Shown one piece after another: positions 17,541 to 27,905 of a DNA stretch of 63,992 bases. Made by a program: the position numbers and the translations under genes. This stretch comes from Thermoproteales archaeon. GTDB lineage: Archaea; Thermoproteota; Thermoprotei; Thermofilales; B69-G16. The first letter of the stretch is position 1. Each line of letters begins with the position of its first letter. The DNA lies in the NCBI GenBank assembly GCA_021161825.1, contig JAGGZW010000058.1, positions 1 through 63,992 of the forward strand, given 5' to 3'. The notes beneath the pieces were generated by a model. The model did not search any database, was not told where the DNA came from, and worked only from the letters and a program-made list of their open reading frames with translations.

Positions 17541-19931
17541 TTTTAATATTTTACCATCTTCGATCCTAACAATCCTAGCGTCTTCTATGTTGACATCTAG
17601 GTGCGTTATCAGTATTATTTGCCTAAACTGCTTGTTTAAGGTCTTAGTTAGCAGGTTCAAGATATTCTTCCTTCTGTTACTATCCGAAGAAGCTAACGGC
17701 TCGTCTAGAAACAAAAATCTGGGATACATTTTCTTAGTTTCTGGCAGTAGAGATAGTATGAAAGCCAGTCTCATAGCCAGCAAGAGCTGATCTACGGTAC
17801 CGCCGCTGAAAATATCCTTTTCAATAAACTTTCCAGCATCAGAGTCAAAAACTTTAATGTTATACTTGGAGTCAAGCCTGACAGCCTTATACCTGCCTCC
17901 AGTAATAATAGAAATTATTTGATTCATGTTGCTTTGTATAGCCGGCAGAAACCTCTCTCTTATATTTTCAGCAATTTTTCTTAAACTATCAATTGCTAAA
18001 TTCTGAGCCTGAACAAGCTTTTTCAACTCTTCAACTTCAAGATATAGTTTCTTATATTCCTCCTCTACGTTCTTATTATCTTCAATTCTTTTCTTCAATT
18101 CCTCAATTTGGCGTCTTAATTGCTCAACCTCGCCTTTTAAAGCGTGAACGTTAGCATTCAATAGAGTATACTTATTCTCAAGCTCTGCAAATAATTCTTC
18201 GCTGAATTCTAAATTTTCGGGCAGAGAGGGAAATTCTATGCTGCTAAGATCTTTTTCTAATTGTTTGATAATTTGGGCGTTTGCTTGTATTTCATCTTCT
18301 AACTCTTTCTTTCTCGCCTCAAAGTCATTTATTTCACTTATTACGAGGCTTAACCTATCTTTTATTTCATCTCTACTAGCTTCTAACTGAGATAACCTTT
18401 TTTCCGCTTCTATTTTCTCATTTTGAAGTATGGACACTTTAGTATCTATGCTGGCGATAATATCTTCTATTGACGCCCATGATTCCGATCTATACTCTTG
18501 AGGCATATCTTCAATACATGTTCTCAGCTTGTTTTTACTCGTTTCAACAGAATCATAGAGTTTTTCAAGCATACTCTTTAGCCTTTCAAGCTCTAATTTT
18601 TTCTGCTCAATAATAGTCTTCGTTTTTTCATATCCAGATAACTCGTCTTTCATCAACATTGCTTTTTCATTCAACTTATTCTTCTTAAATTGGATTATAG
18701 AGTAATATGCTAGCGCTGTGAAACCTAGCGAGAATAGTGCAGTATTTAATAATCCTAAAATAGAAAGAGAAGCCAGGAGAATGAAAATGACTAATGAAGG
18801 CTTAGTTTTTTCAATTTCCTTACTAAGCTTTTGATATTCCTGCCATTTCACCTCATACCCCGAAATTTTCCCTTCCAAATCTTCAAGCTCTTTTTCTATC
18901 TCGTCTATTCTTTTTTCTGTTTCTAGTATTCGAGCCTTAGTGTTATCTATCTCATTTAGTATCTCACGGGCTTCCTTCAGCTTCTTTTGAACATTATCTA
19001 AATCTTTTAATTTTTCCAACTGCTCTCTTAACTTCACAACTTGGGAATCTATATTTTTAAGCAATTGCTTAAGCCTTTCCGCTTCCTCCTTTTTCAACTT
19101 AATCCTTTGTAATATCTGGCTTAAACTGCTTCTGCGAGTCTCCTGCGATTTTTTTAAGCCTTCAATCCGCGCTTCAATTTCCCTTTTCCTGCTTAAAGCC
19201 TCTCTATATTTTTTCATTATAATGTATAATTGTTCTATTTTTCCAAGCTCCCCTTTACTCTTGAGAAGTTTTTCTTCAGTTTTTGCCAATTCTTCGCTTT
19301 TAACTTTTAAATCCTCTAAATCATGCCTATAAGCCTCTAAACGCTTATGAACTTCAGACAGGAGATTTTGTTTACTCTCTAAATCTTTTCTTTTTTCTCT
19401 ACGCTCCTGCTGAAGCTTTTCAACAGCCTTGTTAACGCTCTCCAACCCAAGCAAGGCATTTACAATCTTATCTCTATCTTGACCCTTCATCTCTACCAGC
19501 TTAGTCAATTCTTTTTGAGCAACTACGTTCGTTACAAGTATCTCGTTAAAGGATAAGCCTCCCAGAAGCTTTTCTATAAACTCGTTTGTTCTCTTCACCG
19601 AAGAAGCCTTTAGGGAGCGGGCGCCATTTGGCAACAATTCGTAAACACGTGCTTCGCTAACCTCGCCTTTTCTCAAAACTCTCTCTACGAGATACCTCCT
19701 ATCATCAACAGAAAAAAACAGTTTTACTCTGGCAGTTTTCGACCTGTGGTTTATAGCGAGATCTTTAGTGCCTCTAGTTGTTTTCCCGAATAAAGCATAC
19801 AGGACAGCTTCCAGAATAGTAGATTTGCCGGCTTCATTTGGACCTTTTATAACCATCATTCCTTCAGGAAACTCAAGCGTTAAATCTAGCTTCCTAAATT
19901 TTTCAACTTCTAATCTTTCTAGAACTACCAT
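17535..19931 (-). CDS. rad50: DNA double-strand break repair ATPase Rad50 (atypical: no zinc hook, central hydrophobic hairpin)
   Basis: Walker A GPNEAGKST, long E/K/L coiled coils, signature FSGGTVDQ, Walker B FLFLDEPLASSD, H-loop ILITH. Start overlaps the mre11 stop (ATGGTAG). The sequence contains only a single Cys, so there is no CxxC. Confidence 0.85.
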   Translation of the reverse strand: MVVLERLEVEKFRKLDLTLEFPEGMMVIKGPNEAGKSTILEAVLYALFGKTTRGTKDLAINHRSKTARVKLFFSVDDRRYLVERVLRKGEVSEARVYELLPNGARSLKASSVKRTNEFIEKLLGGLSFNEILVTNVVAQKELTKLVEMKGQDRDKIVNALLGLESVNKAVEKLQQERREKRKDLESKQNLLSEVHKRLEAYRHDLEDLKVKSEELAKTEEKLLKSKGELGKIEQLYIIMKKYREALSRKREIEARIEGLKKSQETRRSSLSQILQRIKLKKEEAERLKQLLKNIDSQVVKLREQLEKLKDLDNVQKKLKEAREILNEIDNTKARILETEKRIDEIEKELEDLEGKISGYEVKWQEYQKLSKEIEKTKPSLVIFILLASLSILGLLNTALFSLGFTALAYYSIIQFKKNKLNEKAMLMKDELSGYEKTKTIIEQKKLELERLKSMLEKLYDSVETSKNKLRTCIEDMPQEYRSESWASIEDIIASIDTKVSILQNEKIEAEKRLSQLEASRDEIKDRLSLVISEINDFEARKKELEDEIQANAQIIKQLEKDLSSIEFPSLPENLEFSEELFAELENKYTLLNANVHALKGEVEQLRRQIEELKKRIEDNKNVEEEYKKLYLEVEELKKLVQAQNLAIDSLRKIAENIRERFLPAIQSNMNQIISIITGGRYKAVRLDSKYNIKVFDSDAGKFIEKDIFSGGTVDQLLLAMRLAFILSLLPETKKMYPRFLFLDEPLASSDSNRRKNILNLLTKTLNKQFRQIILITHLDVNIEDARIVRIEDGKILKS

Positions 19932-21085
19932 GCTTCAGCCTCCTCGAGTTTTTGTAAGCCAATTTCCTTAGCAAGTTCGATGATTTTTCTCCGCTCTCCA
20001 TCTTTTACATTTTCAGCGAGCCTGTCCATGTATTGCTTGTAAGCTTCGATAGGTGAAAGCCTTGGTAATGGGGCTATTTTTTCTTCTAAACATGCTAATT
20101 CTGTATCGTCTATTAAAACTATGAAAAAGTGATCCATTAAGCTTCGCAGGATATCGTCTCTCCTATATTTGCTTAAAGCCTGCAAGGGTAGAACTCCACC
20201 GATTTTCAACCTTAAAATTAGCTCTTTATTTCTATATTTTAAAGCATAAGAGACTATTTCTGAAGTAGGCGATTTTGAATCTTTGCTAACCATGTAGTTC
20301 AGCGTTTTCATCGGGCGAGTTGGAACATTCAAGAACCTCCTTTTTAGTCCTTTACTGTCGATTTCAACCCATAAAAACCCTTTTTCCTCATCTCCTTCCT
20401 CCGCAAAACTTCTCCTCTCGGTGCTCCCCGGATATGCTATGTATGTTTTATCCCTCCAAACCTCTTGAAATCTGTGTAAATGCCCCGCTGCCACATAGTC
20501 AATTTCTCTGGGAATACTCGATAGTTTAACAAAAGGCTCCCTACCAATGTTTGGAGATGAAAACCCTTCTATAGAATAGTGTAGCATGACTATGTTAACA
20601 TCTCCATCGGTCGGCGGCTTTGAACGAGATAGGGGATCGCTGCCCTGGCCGAGTGAAACGTTATAAGTAATTCCTGATACGCAAACATTTACATCTCCTA
20701 TCTTTACATATTCGCATGAAAATTTCTTTGATGAACCGAAGAAAGTTACATATCCCGTGGCAGCCAGCTCCTCTAGCGGTGACGCTCCCTCTTCTTCTGA
20801 GCGAGGAGTATCATGATGCCCCCCTATCAAAAATATCCTTACGCCTTCATTATACAATCTTCTAAAATATCTTACAATTTGCACTCTTGGAGGATTTCTC
20901 GGATTTACTCTATCGTATAAATCTCCGGAAATAATGAATATATCCGGCTTGTTTTCTATAGCATAGTCTAGAACGTGACGGAATGCTCTCCAGAAATCCA
21001 TTCTACGCTCCATTAGTTTAGGCTGGTACATTGGAATTCTAGGATCTAGGTGATTGTCCGCGGTATGTAGGATCTTAATTTTCAA
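19925..21085 (-). CDS. mre11: DNA double-strand break repair nuclease Mre11
   Basis: Phosphoesterase motifs HTADNHLD, SGDLYD, GGHHD, MLHYS and GHLH. TTG start preceded by GAGGTG. Confidence 0.9.
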   Translation of the reverse strand: MKIKILHTADNHLDPRIPMYQPKLMERRMDFWRAFRHVLDYAIENKPDIFIISGDLYDRVNPRNPPRVQIVRYFRRLYNEGVRIFLIGGHHDTPRSEEEGASPLEELAATGYVTFFGSSKKFSCEYVKIGDVNVCVSGITYNVSLGQGSDPLSRSKPPTDGDVNIVMLHYSIEGFSSPNIGREPFVKLSSIPREIDYVAAGHLHRFQEVWRDKTYIAYPGSTERRSFAEEGDEEKGFLWVEIDSKGLKRRFLNVPTRPMKTLNYMVSKDSKSPTSEIVSYALKYRNKELILRLKIGGVLPLQALSKYRRDDILRSLMDHFFIVLIDDTELACLEEKIAPLPRLSPIEAYKQYMDRLAENVKDGERRKIIELAKEIGLQKLEEAEAW

Positions 21086-21244
21086 ATTTACACCTCAATC
21101 TTTACAATTTTAATTGCTTCTCTCTTTATAATCCAAAATCTCATATTATAGGTTTACAATTGAAAGATCCAATAATCATTTGAAATGTTGTTTTTCTTCT
21201 AATAGTTAATAAGTCTTCTAACCTAACACTTTATTGAAGTAAAT

Positions 21245-22846
21245 TTATATTTCCGACCGCATGGAATCCTCGGTCGATAAGCTTTCGTAGCGTTCTTTCG
21301 ATATTCTTTCTTCGATTTCAGCTTCTTCTCTCGCCATTCTTAACATTTTGATAACATCTATATCTGCTCCTCCTTCTTTAGTTATTCTCTTTCTTATTTT
21401 TACCATGACAGGTGCTTTTGTTATTTCGCCTACTATAACAGCCTCCCCTATGTTTAGTCCAGGTAAATCACGAAGTAGGCTTTCTCCAAGCCTTTCGCTT
21501 GATTCTCTAATCGCTCTTTGATCGAGCGGGTTAGATATTTTGAGTATTATTTGGCTGTTGCATTGGCTTAGAGCATCTGAGTCTATTTTTGAAGGTCTCT
21601 GGCTTATTAACGTCATGAATACACCGAATTTTCTTCCTTCCGCAGCTATAGTGGTTATTATTTCTCTTGACATTCTTTTGATGTTTCTGGGAGGTATGAA
21701 TTTATGAGCTTCCTCAATAAAAAGAAATACTGGATATTCGAATTGTTGAGAAGCTACCCTATAAAACGCGTCGGATAGTATCCTATATACTATATAATCC
21801 ATACTAGCATCGTTTAAACCGGATAGATCAACAACCGACACCTGAGCCGGTTTCAGCATTTCATCGATAGGCGTCGTTATAGCTCCAAAAACTTTGAACC
21901 TTTTAATTTTTCTAGCATATTTCAACGCTCTCTGAGAATGCTGATCCTTGCTTCTCTCCAGTATTTCAATGAAATGCTCTTGTGTATATGCGTCACCCAT
22001 ATCCCTTTTCAAGCTGTTGATCGCTTTCACTATTGCGTTTCTAATGTTAGACCATGCTTCCGGTATTCCAATTATTTCGCATACATCCTCGCCCGATAAA
22101 TCTGAGAATCTTATAGTGTAGCTTAAAACATTATCGAGCTCCTCTTCTGAATACCTGCCCGTACTGTTCGGATTTCTAAAAACTTTTATTCTGTCCGCGT
22201 AATCGTACAAGCTGCCATCGACTTTTCTACTTAGAAAAACGTAGTCTGCGTGCGGATCTATGACTATTACGGTAGCTCCCTTAGCCAGCAGCTCTTCCAC
22301 TAGGACGCCTACAGTATAGGATTTTCCAGCGCCTGTTTGAGCTAGTATTGCCAGGTGCCTTTTGAAACCATTTATGGAGATATATACTGGAATTGTGGGT
22401 CTTGATATTAAATAGCCTATATGCAATCCTTCATCGGCTGGATATGAGAAAAATTCTGATACTAGGTTATCAGGTGCTATGTACACCTCGTTTCCTGGGT
22501 ATATAGCCCTTCTAGGCATTAAAATTTCCTTTCTCCCCTCAATTTCTACTAGATATCCTAAAGTTCTAGCTTTACACACCACGTTAACGTCTTCTATACC
22601 CGCTCTATACATTCTCTCCAAAGCTTCAAAATCCAGATCATCCCGGTATGATAAACTTCTAGAAACTATGCCAATTACTTGAGCTAAAACATGAACCTCC
22701 TTAATCTCCTCGCCGACCAGCTCGCGCGAGATCACAGTTACGTATTCGTATTTAGACGGGTGATTTTCCTTATCCGCTACGAACAGGAACTCGGTTGGGG
22801 ATGCTTCGCCAACTATTCTTCCTACACGTTTAAGGGTAGCGTACAC
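21245..22846 (-). CDS. herA: HerA bipolar DNA helicase/translocase
   Basis: Walker A AQTGAGKSYT, Walker B VFLFIEEAHKF, N-terminal barrel region. 533 aa. Overlaps the nurA end by 17 nt. Confidence 0.9.
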   Translation of the reverse strand: MYATLKRVGRIVGEASPTEFLFVADKENHPSKYEYVTVISRELVGEEIKEVHVLAQVIGIVSRSLSYRDDLDFEALERMYRAGIEDVNVVCKARTLGYLVEIEGRKEILMPRRAIYPGNEVYIAPDNLVSEFFSYPADEGLHIGYLISRPTIPVYISINGFKRHLAILAQTGAGKSYTVGVLVEELLAKGATVIVIDPHADYVFLSRKVDGSLYDYADRIKVFRNPNSTGRYSEEELDNVLSYTIRFSDLSGEDVCEIIGIPEAWSNIRNAIVKAINSLKRDMGDAYTQEHFIEILERSKDQHSQRALKYARKIKRFKVFGAITTPIDEMLKPAQVSVVDLSGLNDASMDYIVYRILSDAFYRVASQQFEYPVFLFIEEAHKFIPPRNIKRMSREIITTIAAEGRKFGVFMTLISQRPSKIDSDALSQCNSQIILKISNPLDQRAIRESSERLGESLLRDLPGLNIGEAVIVGEITKAPVMVKIRKRITKEGGADIDVIKMLRMAREEAEIEERISKERYESLSTEDSMRSEI

Positions 22847-24152
22847 GCCTCATATCCCTCGTATGTTCTATCAAGAAATCAAGCTCCTTACTTAATAAAG
22901 GTTCGTAAACGTTTATTATATCTTGAAGCTTAAACTTTACCTTTGCATCGACCTGTTCCATTAAGACGTTATAGTGTCTAGGGCCTGCGTACATGTCGAC
23001 AAGCATAGATATTATCCAAGAGAGTTCGTCATCAACGTCTCTTAATATTTTCATACTACCGTCGTCTTCTTTCAAGCTTACAACCCACTTCGGAACATCA
23101 ACTCTAATAGGTATATCTCTTTTTCTCGGAACAAGGTAGAACATTACTATGTCGGGATACTCCAAGATTTTAGGCAGTATTCTTAAAGCCTTATCGTAGA
23201 TCTTAAAACCTTTTTCGATAAAAGATTTTTGAAAGCCTTTATCAATATACTCTAAAAGCTGATTTCTCTTAATGGCATTTATGAGTGAGTCAAGAGCAGG
23301 AGCTGGAGTTTTTAGTAGCGCAGGAAGGATGTAACCAGCATCATTAGCTAGTGTAGATATTACTTGAACATCGGGTCTTGGCTTTAAAATTTCTTTTAAT
23401 ATTTCCTTAATCCATTCAGGAACTCCAAGTACTTGATCTAGTTTCTTTAATGCAGTTTTTGGGTTTCTCCAGACGTCGTTCCATATTTCTCTGACAAAAA
23501 CATACAAGCTACTGTTTATCTCTTTTTCCTGCATGCGACGGATAATTTCTTCGAATAGCATAATTCTCCTGTATACTCGCGAGCGAGAATCCTTGCTTAA
23601 ACCTACGATTACAACGTTTTTTTCTCGCGCCTTAACAAATAGCCGATGATATATTTCTATGTAATCTAGCATAAAATCCTCATGACCAGGTATCTCCAAG
23701 TCTTTTGGCAAATGCGCCATTCTACCATAAAGAGAACCGTCTAATATAACGACCTTTAGCTTTCTATCGCTACTAAATTTTTCGATGCACTTTAATGCTA
23801 GAACGTGTTCTAAGTGTTCTCTCACGCGACTTCTGAAAGTGACAAGTTCAATACTTGATGTCGAGTAAAAGGGATATACCTCTAATTCCCTGAGCTCTAT
23901 GCCGTTATTAGATAAAGCTAATGCTCTGCATACGTGAATAGTTATTCCCTCCCTGCACTCTATTAGACCATCACTGCTATCTATCGCGAAAATTTCAGCA
24001 TCTGAGCTTACTGGCCTAGGCAGACTTCTCCAATATTGGCGAAATATTTCCTTGTAGAATTTCAGTGTGTCCTCAGAATATGATAGTAGGTTTTTTATTG
24101 CCTCTTTCTTATTTCTGATTTTTTCAACGTATAGATCGAGGAACCTCGGCAT
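22830..24152 (-). CDS. nurA: NurA 5'-3' nuclease
   Basis: Acidic-residue motifs IFAIDSSDG and VVILDGSLYGR. 440 aa. Immediately upstream of and overlapping herA. Confidence 0.8.
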   Translation of the reverse strand: MPRFLDLYVEKIRNKKEAIKNLLSYSEDTLKFYKEIFRQYWRSLPRPVSSDAEIFAIDSSDGLIECREGITIHVCRALALSNNGIELRELEVYPFYSTSSIELVTFRSRVREHLEHVLALKCIEKFSSDRKLKVVILDGSLYGRMAHLPKDLEIPGHEDFMLDYIEIYHRLFVKAREKNVVIVGLSKDSRSRVYRRIMLFEEIIRRMQEKEINSSLYVFVREIWNDVWRNPKTALKKLDQVLGVPEWIKEILKEILKPRPDVQVISTLANDAGYILPALLKTPAPALDSLINAIKRNQLLEYIDKGFQKSFIEKGFKIYDKALRILPKILEYPDIVMFYLVPRKRDIPIRVDVPKWVVSLKEDDGSMKILRDVDDELSWIISMLVDMYAGPRHYNVLMEQVDAKVKFKLQDIINVYEPLLSKELDFLIEHTRDMRRVRYP

Positions 24153-24309
24153 ATTTTCAAGTAGTTAAATCTCGACACATGGTCTTATTCATTCCGTATA
24201 TGGATTTCCTATAGAATATAATATCCTAGCTTTCAAGCTAGAGATGAGGAAGTAACAACGACTTTTTATATACAGTTTGGAAGCTTGGATATAAACAGTA
24301 TAAGTATCT

Positions 24310-25872
24310 TTGAACTTGAGAAAAATAAATAAAGGGGAAAAGAAGGGAATTGTAAGAGCCAAAATGACAGCTGAAATGTCATTACACGAGCTAGCTAGTT
24401 TTTGCACTAGACTAGGCTTCTTCTATCCTAGTGGTAGAATTTACGGAGGTTTAAGCGGTTTTTACGATTATGGTCCATTAGGAGCCGAGCTTAGAAGAGA
24501 TGTTCTAAACGATTGGTGGTGGTATTTCGTAGAACGGCGAGACGATATTATCGGAATTCACGGATCGATAATAACACATCCTCGTACCTGGGTTGCCAGT
24601 GGACATGTAGATTCATTCATAGATTTTATAGTTACCTGCCCAAAATGTGGTTTCGAGTATAGAGCTGATCATTTGCTGGAAGATAGAGGAATCCAAATAC
24701 CGGAATTAACTCTAGAAACCCTATCTAAGCTCATAAAAAAACATAACGTAAAATGTCCCAAATGCGGTGGAACGCTAAGCGACCCCTCCCCATTTAACCT
24801 AATGTTTATCACGTATGTAGGTCCTAAAAAAGTAGACGCTAGCATAGCCTATCTAAGGCCTGAAACTGCTCAGCTCATCTTTACCAATTTTAGGAATATA
24901 ATAATGACCATTGGAGTTAAGCTACCATTCGGAATAGCACAGTATGGTAAAGCTTTTAGAAACGAAATCTCACCTAGAGGATTCCTCTTTAGACTTAGAG
25001 AGTTCGAACAAATGGAGATAGAGTTCTTCGTAAATCCGAAAAAACTCGACGATTGCCCATATTATAATAAGGTTAAAAGCATGGAGATTAACCTTTTATC
25101 CGCTGAAATGCAAGATAAGGGTGAAAAAGAGGGAAAAATAATAACTATCGAAGATGCGGTGGATAATGGGCTTATAGGCTGCAAATGGCACGCCTACTGG
25201 ATAGCAGAATCTCTTCAATGGCTTAAAAATATAGGCGTAGACTATAACCGCCTTAGAGTAAGAGAGCATATAAAGACTGAGTTAGCCCATTACGCGGTTC
25301 AAACATTCGACGTTGAGTTCTTATTCCCCCAAGCCGGATGGAAGGAGATAGAGGGAATTTCTAACAGGAGCGACTATGACTTAAAGAGGCATGAAGAATT
25401 TAGTAGAGAAGAAATGCACGTTTACGACGACGGGGAAAAGGTAATACCGTATGTCATAGAGCCTTCATTTGGACTTGAAAGAGTTATACTTGCGGTTCTT
25501 ATAAGCTCTTACCGTGAAATTAAAGGTAGGAGAGTACTATCTTTACATCCAAAGGTTGCACCCATAAAAGTAGGCGTGTTTCCGCTAGTGTCAAAATCAG
25601 AATTCCTAGAAAAAGCTCGTGAAGTCTATTTATCGTTAAAAGAGGAGTTTAGGACAATCTACGAAGCAAAGGATAGCATAGGAAGACGATATGCCAAGGC
25701 TGACGAGAGAGGCGTGCCCATATGCGTTACAATAGACGGTCAAACTCTAGAAGACGATACTGTCACTATCAGATTTAGAGATACTAGGGAACAAATCCGT
25801 GTTTCCATATCTGCTTTAAAAGAAGAAATAAATAAGGTTTTCAAAAACTGGCACAATTACACAAGCTCATAG
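24310..25872 (+). CDS. glyS: glycine--tRNA ligase (archaeal/eukaryotic-type class II)
   Basis: YGGLSGFYDYGPLG, motif 2 FRNEISPRGFLFRLREFEQME, motif 3 region EPSFGLERV, and an anticodon-binding domain. Likely true start is ATG 24364 (MTAEMSLHEL). Confidence 0.9.
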   Translation: MNLRKINKGEKKGIVRAKMTAEMSLHELASFCTRLGFFYPSGRIYGGLSGFYDYGPLGAELRRDVLNDWWWYFVERRDDIIGIHGSIITHPRTWVASGHVDSFIDFIVTCPKCGFEYRADHLLEDRGIQIPELTLETLSKLIKKHNVKCPKCGGTLSDPSPFNLMFITYVGPKKVDASIAYLRPETAQLIFTNFRNIIMTIGVKLPFGIAQYGKAFRNEISPRGFLFRLREFEQMEIEFFVNPKKLDDCPYYNKVKSMEINLLSAEMQDKGEKEGKIITIEDAVDNGLIGCKWHAYWIAESLQWLKNIGVDYNRLRVREHIKTELAHYAVQTFDVEFLFPQAGWKEIEGISNRSDYDLKRHEEFSREEMHVYDDGEKVIPYVIEPSFGLERVILAVLISSYREIKGRRVLSLHPKVAPIKVGVFPLVSKSEFLEKAREVYLSLKEEFRTIYEAKDSIGRRYAKADERGVPICVTIDGQTLEDDTVTIRFRDTREQIRVSISALKEEINKVFKNWHNYTSS

Positions 25873-25960
25873 AATTCAAATCATCATCAATTTGTTTCCA
25901 TAGTATACTGCGCGAAAAATTAATTTAATATTCCTTTTTTAATCCAGCTGGTGCTTCGTA

Positions 25961-27865
25961 TTGATTACCAATGTTATAGACATTTCTAAAAGAGAAGTTT
26001 CAGGTATTAATGCCAAACGCTACGTTGCTGACATTACCCGCTACCACAGAATCCAGACAAGCCCAGGTTTACACGATGCCCTCTGCTATGTTAAGTCTAG
26101 GCTTGAAGAATTTGGTTATGAGCCGAAAATCTACAGTTATCCAGCCGATGGGAAAGTAGAATATCTTGGATTTCGTTCTCCAATAGGTTGGCGAATAAGT
26201 GATGGCGAGTTAAAAGTCGTTAAGCCGAAAGAGATATTCTTGGGAAGATTTATCGACAATCCAACGCTCATAGTAGCTCATAGCGGTCCTGCTCCTGAAG
26301 GTGTTGAGGCCGAATTAGTAGATGTTGGGAAGGGTATATACGATTATGAGTATAGAGATGATGTATCTGGAAAATTCGTTCTCGCCAGTGGCCATCTCCG
26401 GGTTGTTTTTAAGAAAGCAGTCATGGAGAGAGAGGCTATAGGAATCATACACTATAGCCAGAATGTAGCGAACCCCCACGCTTATCCATACAAGGGCTTA
26501 TGGCCTAGAAAGGATGAACTAGAAAAAATTCCGCCAATGTTTTCTATACCATTCGAGAAAGCTATTAAGTTAAAAGATTTACTTGGAAAGGATAAGGTAG
26601 TCGTTTATGGACGTGTAGATAGCTCGTTTTACGAGGGTGCTATCGAGCTTTTAGAAGCTCGCATTCCAGGTAAGAGAAATAAAGATGTTGCCTTAATCGC
26701 TCACATTTGCCATCCGATGCCTGGCGCTAACGATAACGCTTCCGGCAGTGGGCTTTTGCTTGAGCTTGCGAGAGCCTCAATGAAACTCTATAAGAATAAG
26801 CTCATAGATATTGGCTATGGTTTAAGATTTTGGTGGGCGCCAGAATTTAGCGGTATATATGCCCATTTGGCCGAAAATCCTGGACTGGAGAAAGAGATAG
26901 TCTCGGTTATAAACCTGGATATGGTTGGTGGCAAACAAGACCTTGTGGGTGGTGTTTTAACTATAATTGGTATGGCAGAGTTCAATCCTACCTTTATACC
27001 AGTATTAGCTTATCACATATTTGAAAAGGTAGTCGAAGGACCCAAAGCATATGCAAGACCTGAAACTCTTCCAGCAATCAAGTTCAAACTTATAAGATAT
27101 AGTGGAGGTAGTGATCACCATGTATTTGTCGATCCCTTTAGGAACATACCTGCAACAGCTTTTATCGAATGGCCTGATCGTTACTATCACTCAGATTTGG
27201 ATATCATAGATAATATTGATCCAGGACTGCTTAAGACTATCGGAACTGCGGCGCTATCTTTGGCTTTAACGATTTCTCGTATAAACGAGGAATATTTTAG
27301 AGAATGCTTATACATTTTAGCTAACTTTGCCCTAAGCTCCTTACAGGATATTACCAGAAAAACCTTAGGAGAAGCTAAATGGTTCGCAATGAAGAAAATC
27401 AATCTTCTTTCGCGAATGTATGCTGAAGCTATTAAATCGTTTTCTATATTTGAAATTGGTAGAGAGAATGCCAATATTTTACAAGAAATGAGCAACGAAA
27501 TAATGAACGCAGGTCGTGAATTAATGAAAGAAGTCGAGCAACTTTCCTCAAAAGGTTTATTCAAGGAAGCTGAAGAGCCCTTACTAAAAAACGATGAAGT
27601 TTATGCTAGAACCAGAAAATCGATTGTAAGAATAGTTGATGTTTATGAAAAATTAAGGGGAGAAGATTCAGAATGGTGGTTAAGAAAAGTGATAGATGAG
27701 AGAAATAGTTCGATTGTAGACTTGTTCTATTTACTTGTTGATGGAAAGCGAACACTAGGAGAAATTTATGATATTTTAAAGCTTGATTTTAAAGAGTTGA
27801 AAACTGAAGAGTTAGTAAAGATAGCAGAGATCCTGGAAAAAGCTGGATGGTTAAAGCGCAGTTGA
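25961..27865 (+). CDS. M28-family aminopeptidase-like protein with long helical C-terminal extension
   Basis: Zinc-ligand region HICHPMPGANDNASGSGLLLELAR and NLDMVG. PA-like insert. About 200-aa C-terminal helical, winged-helix-like tail. Confidence 0.65.
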   Translation: MITNVIDISKREVSGINAKRYVADITRYHRIQTSPGLHDALCYVKSRLEEFGYEPKIYSYPADGKVEYLGFRSPIGWRISDGELKVVKPKEIFLGRFIDNPTLIVAHSGPAPEGVEAELVDVGKGIYDYEYRDDVSGKFVLASGHLRVVFKKAVMEREAIGIIHYSQNVANPHAYPYKGLWPRKDELEKIPPMFSIPFEKAIKLKDLLGKDKVVVYGRVDSSFYEGAIELLEARIPGKRNKDVALIAHICHPMPGANDNASGSGLLLELARASMKLYKNKLIDIGYGLRFWWAPEFSGIYAHLAENPGLEKEIVSVINLDMVGGKQDLVGGVLTIIGMAEFNPTFIPVLAYHIFEKVVEGPKAYARPETLPAIKFKLIRYSGGSDHHVFVDPFRNIPATAFIEWPDRYYHSDLDIIDNIDPGLLKTIGTAALSLALTISRINEEYFRECLYILANFALSSLQDITRKTLGEAKWFAMKKINLLSRMYAEAIKSFSIFEIGRENANILQEMSNEIMNAGRELMKEVEQLSSKGLFKEAEEPLLKNDEVYARTRKSIVRIVDVYEKLRGEDSEWWLRKVIDERNSSIVDLFYLLVDGKRTLGEIYDILKLDFKELKTEELVKIAEILEKAGWLKRS

Positions 27866-27905
27866 AAACATAGAATCTGGTAACGCGAGAAGAGAACATT
27901 AAAAA

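Noticed and set aside
24189-24407. 72-aa minus-strand ORF in the nurA/glyS divergent promoter region.
   Set aside because: It overlaps the probable glyS 5' end and promoter. It has a low-complexity, hydrophobic composition and no translation signals.
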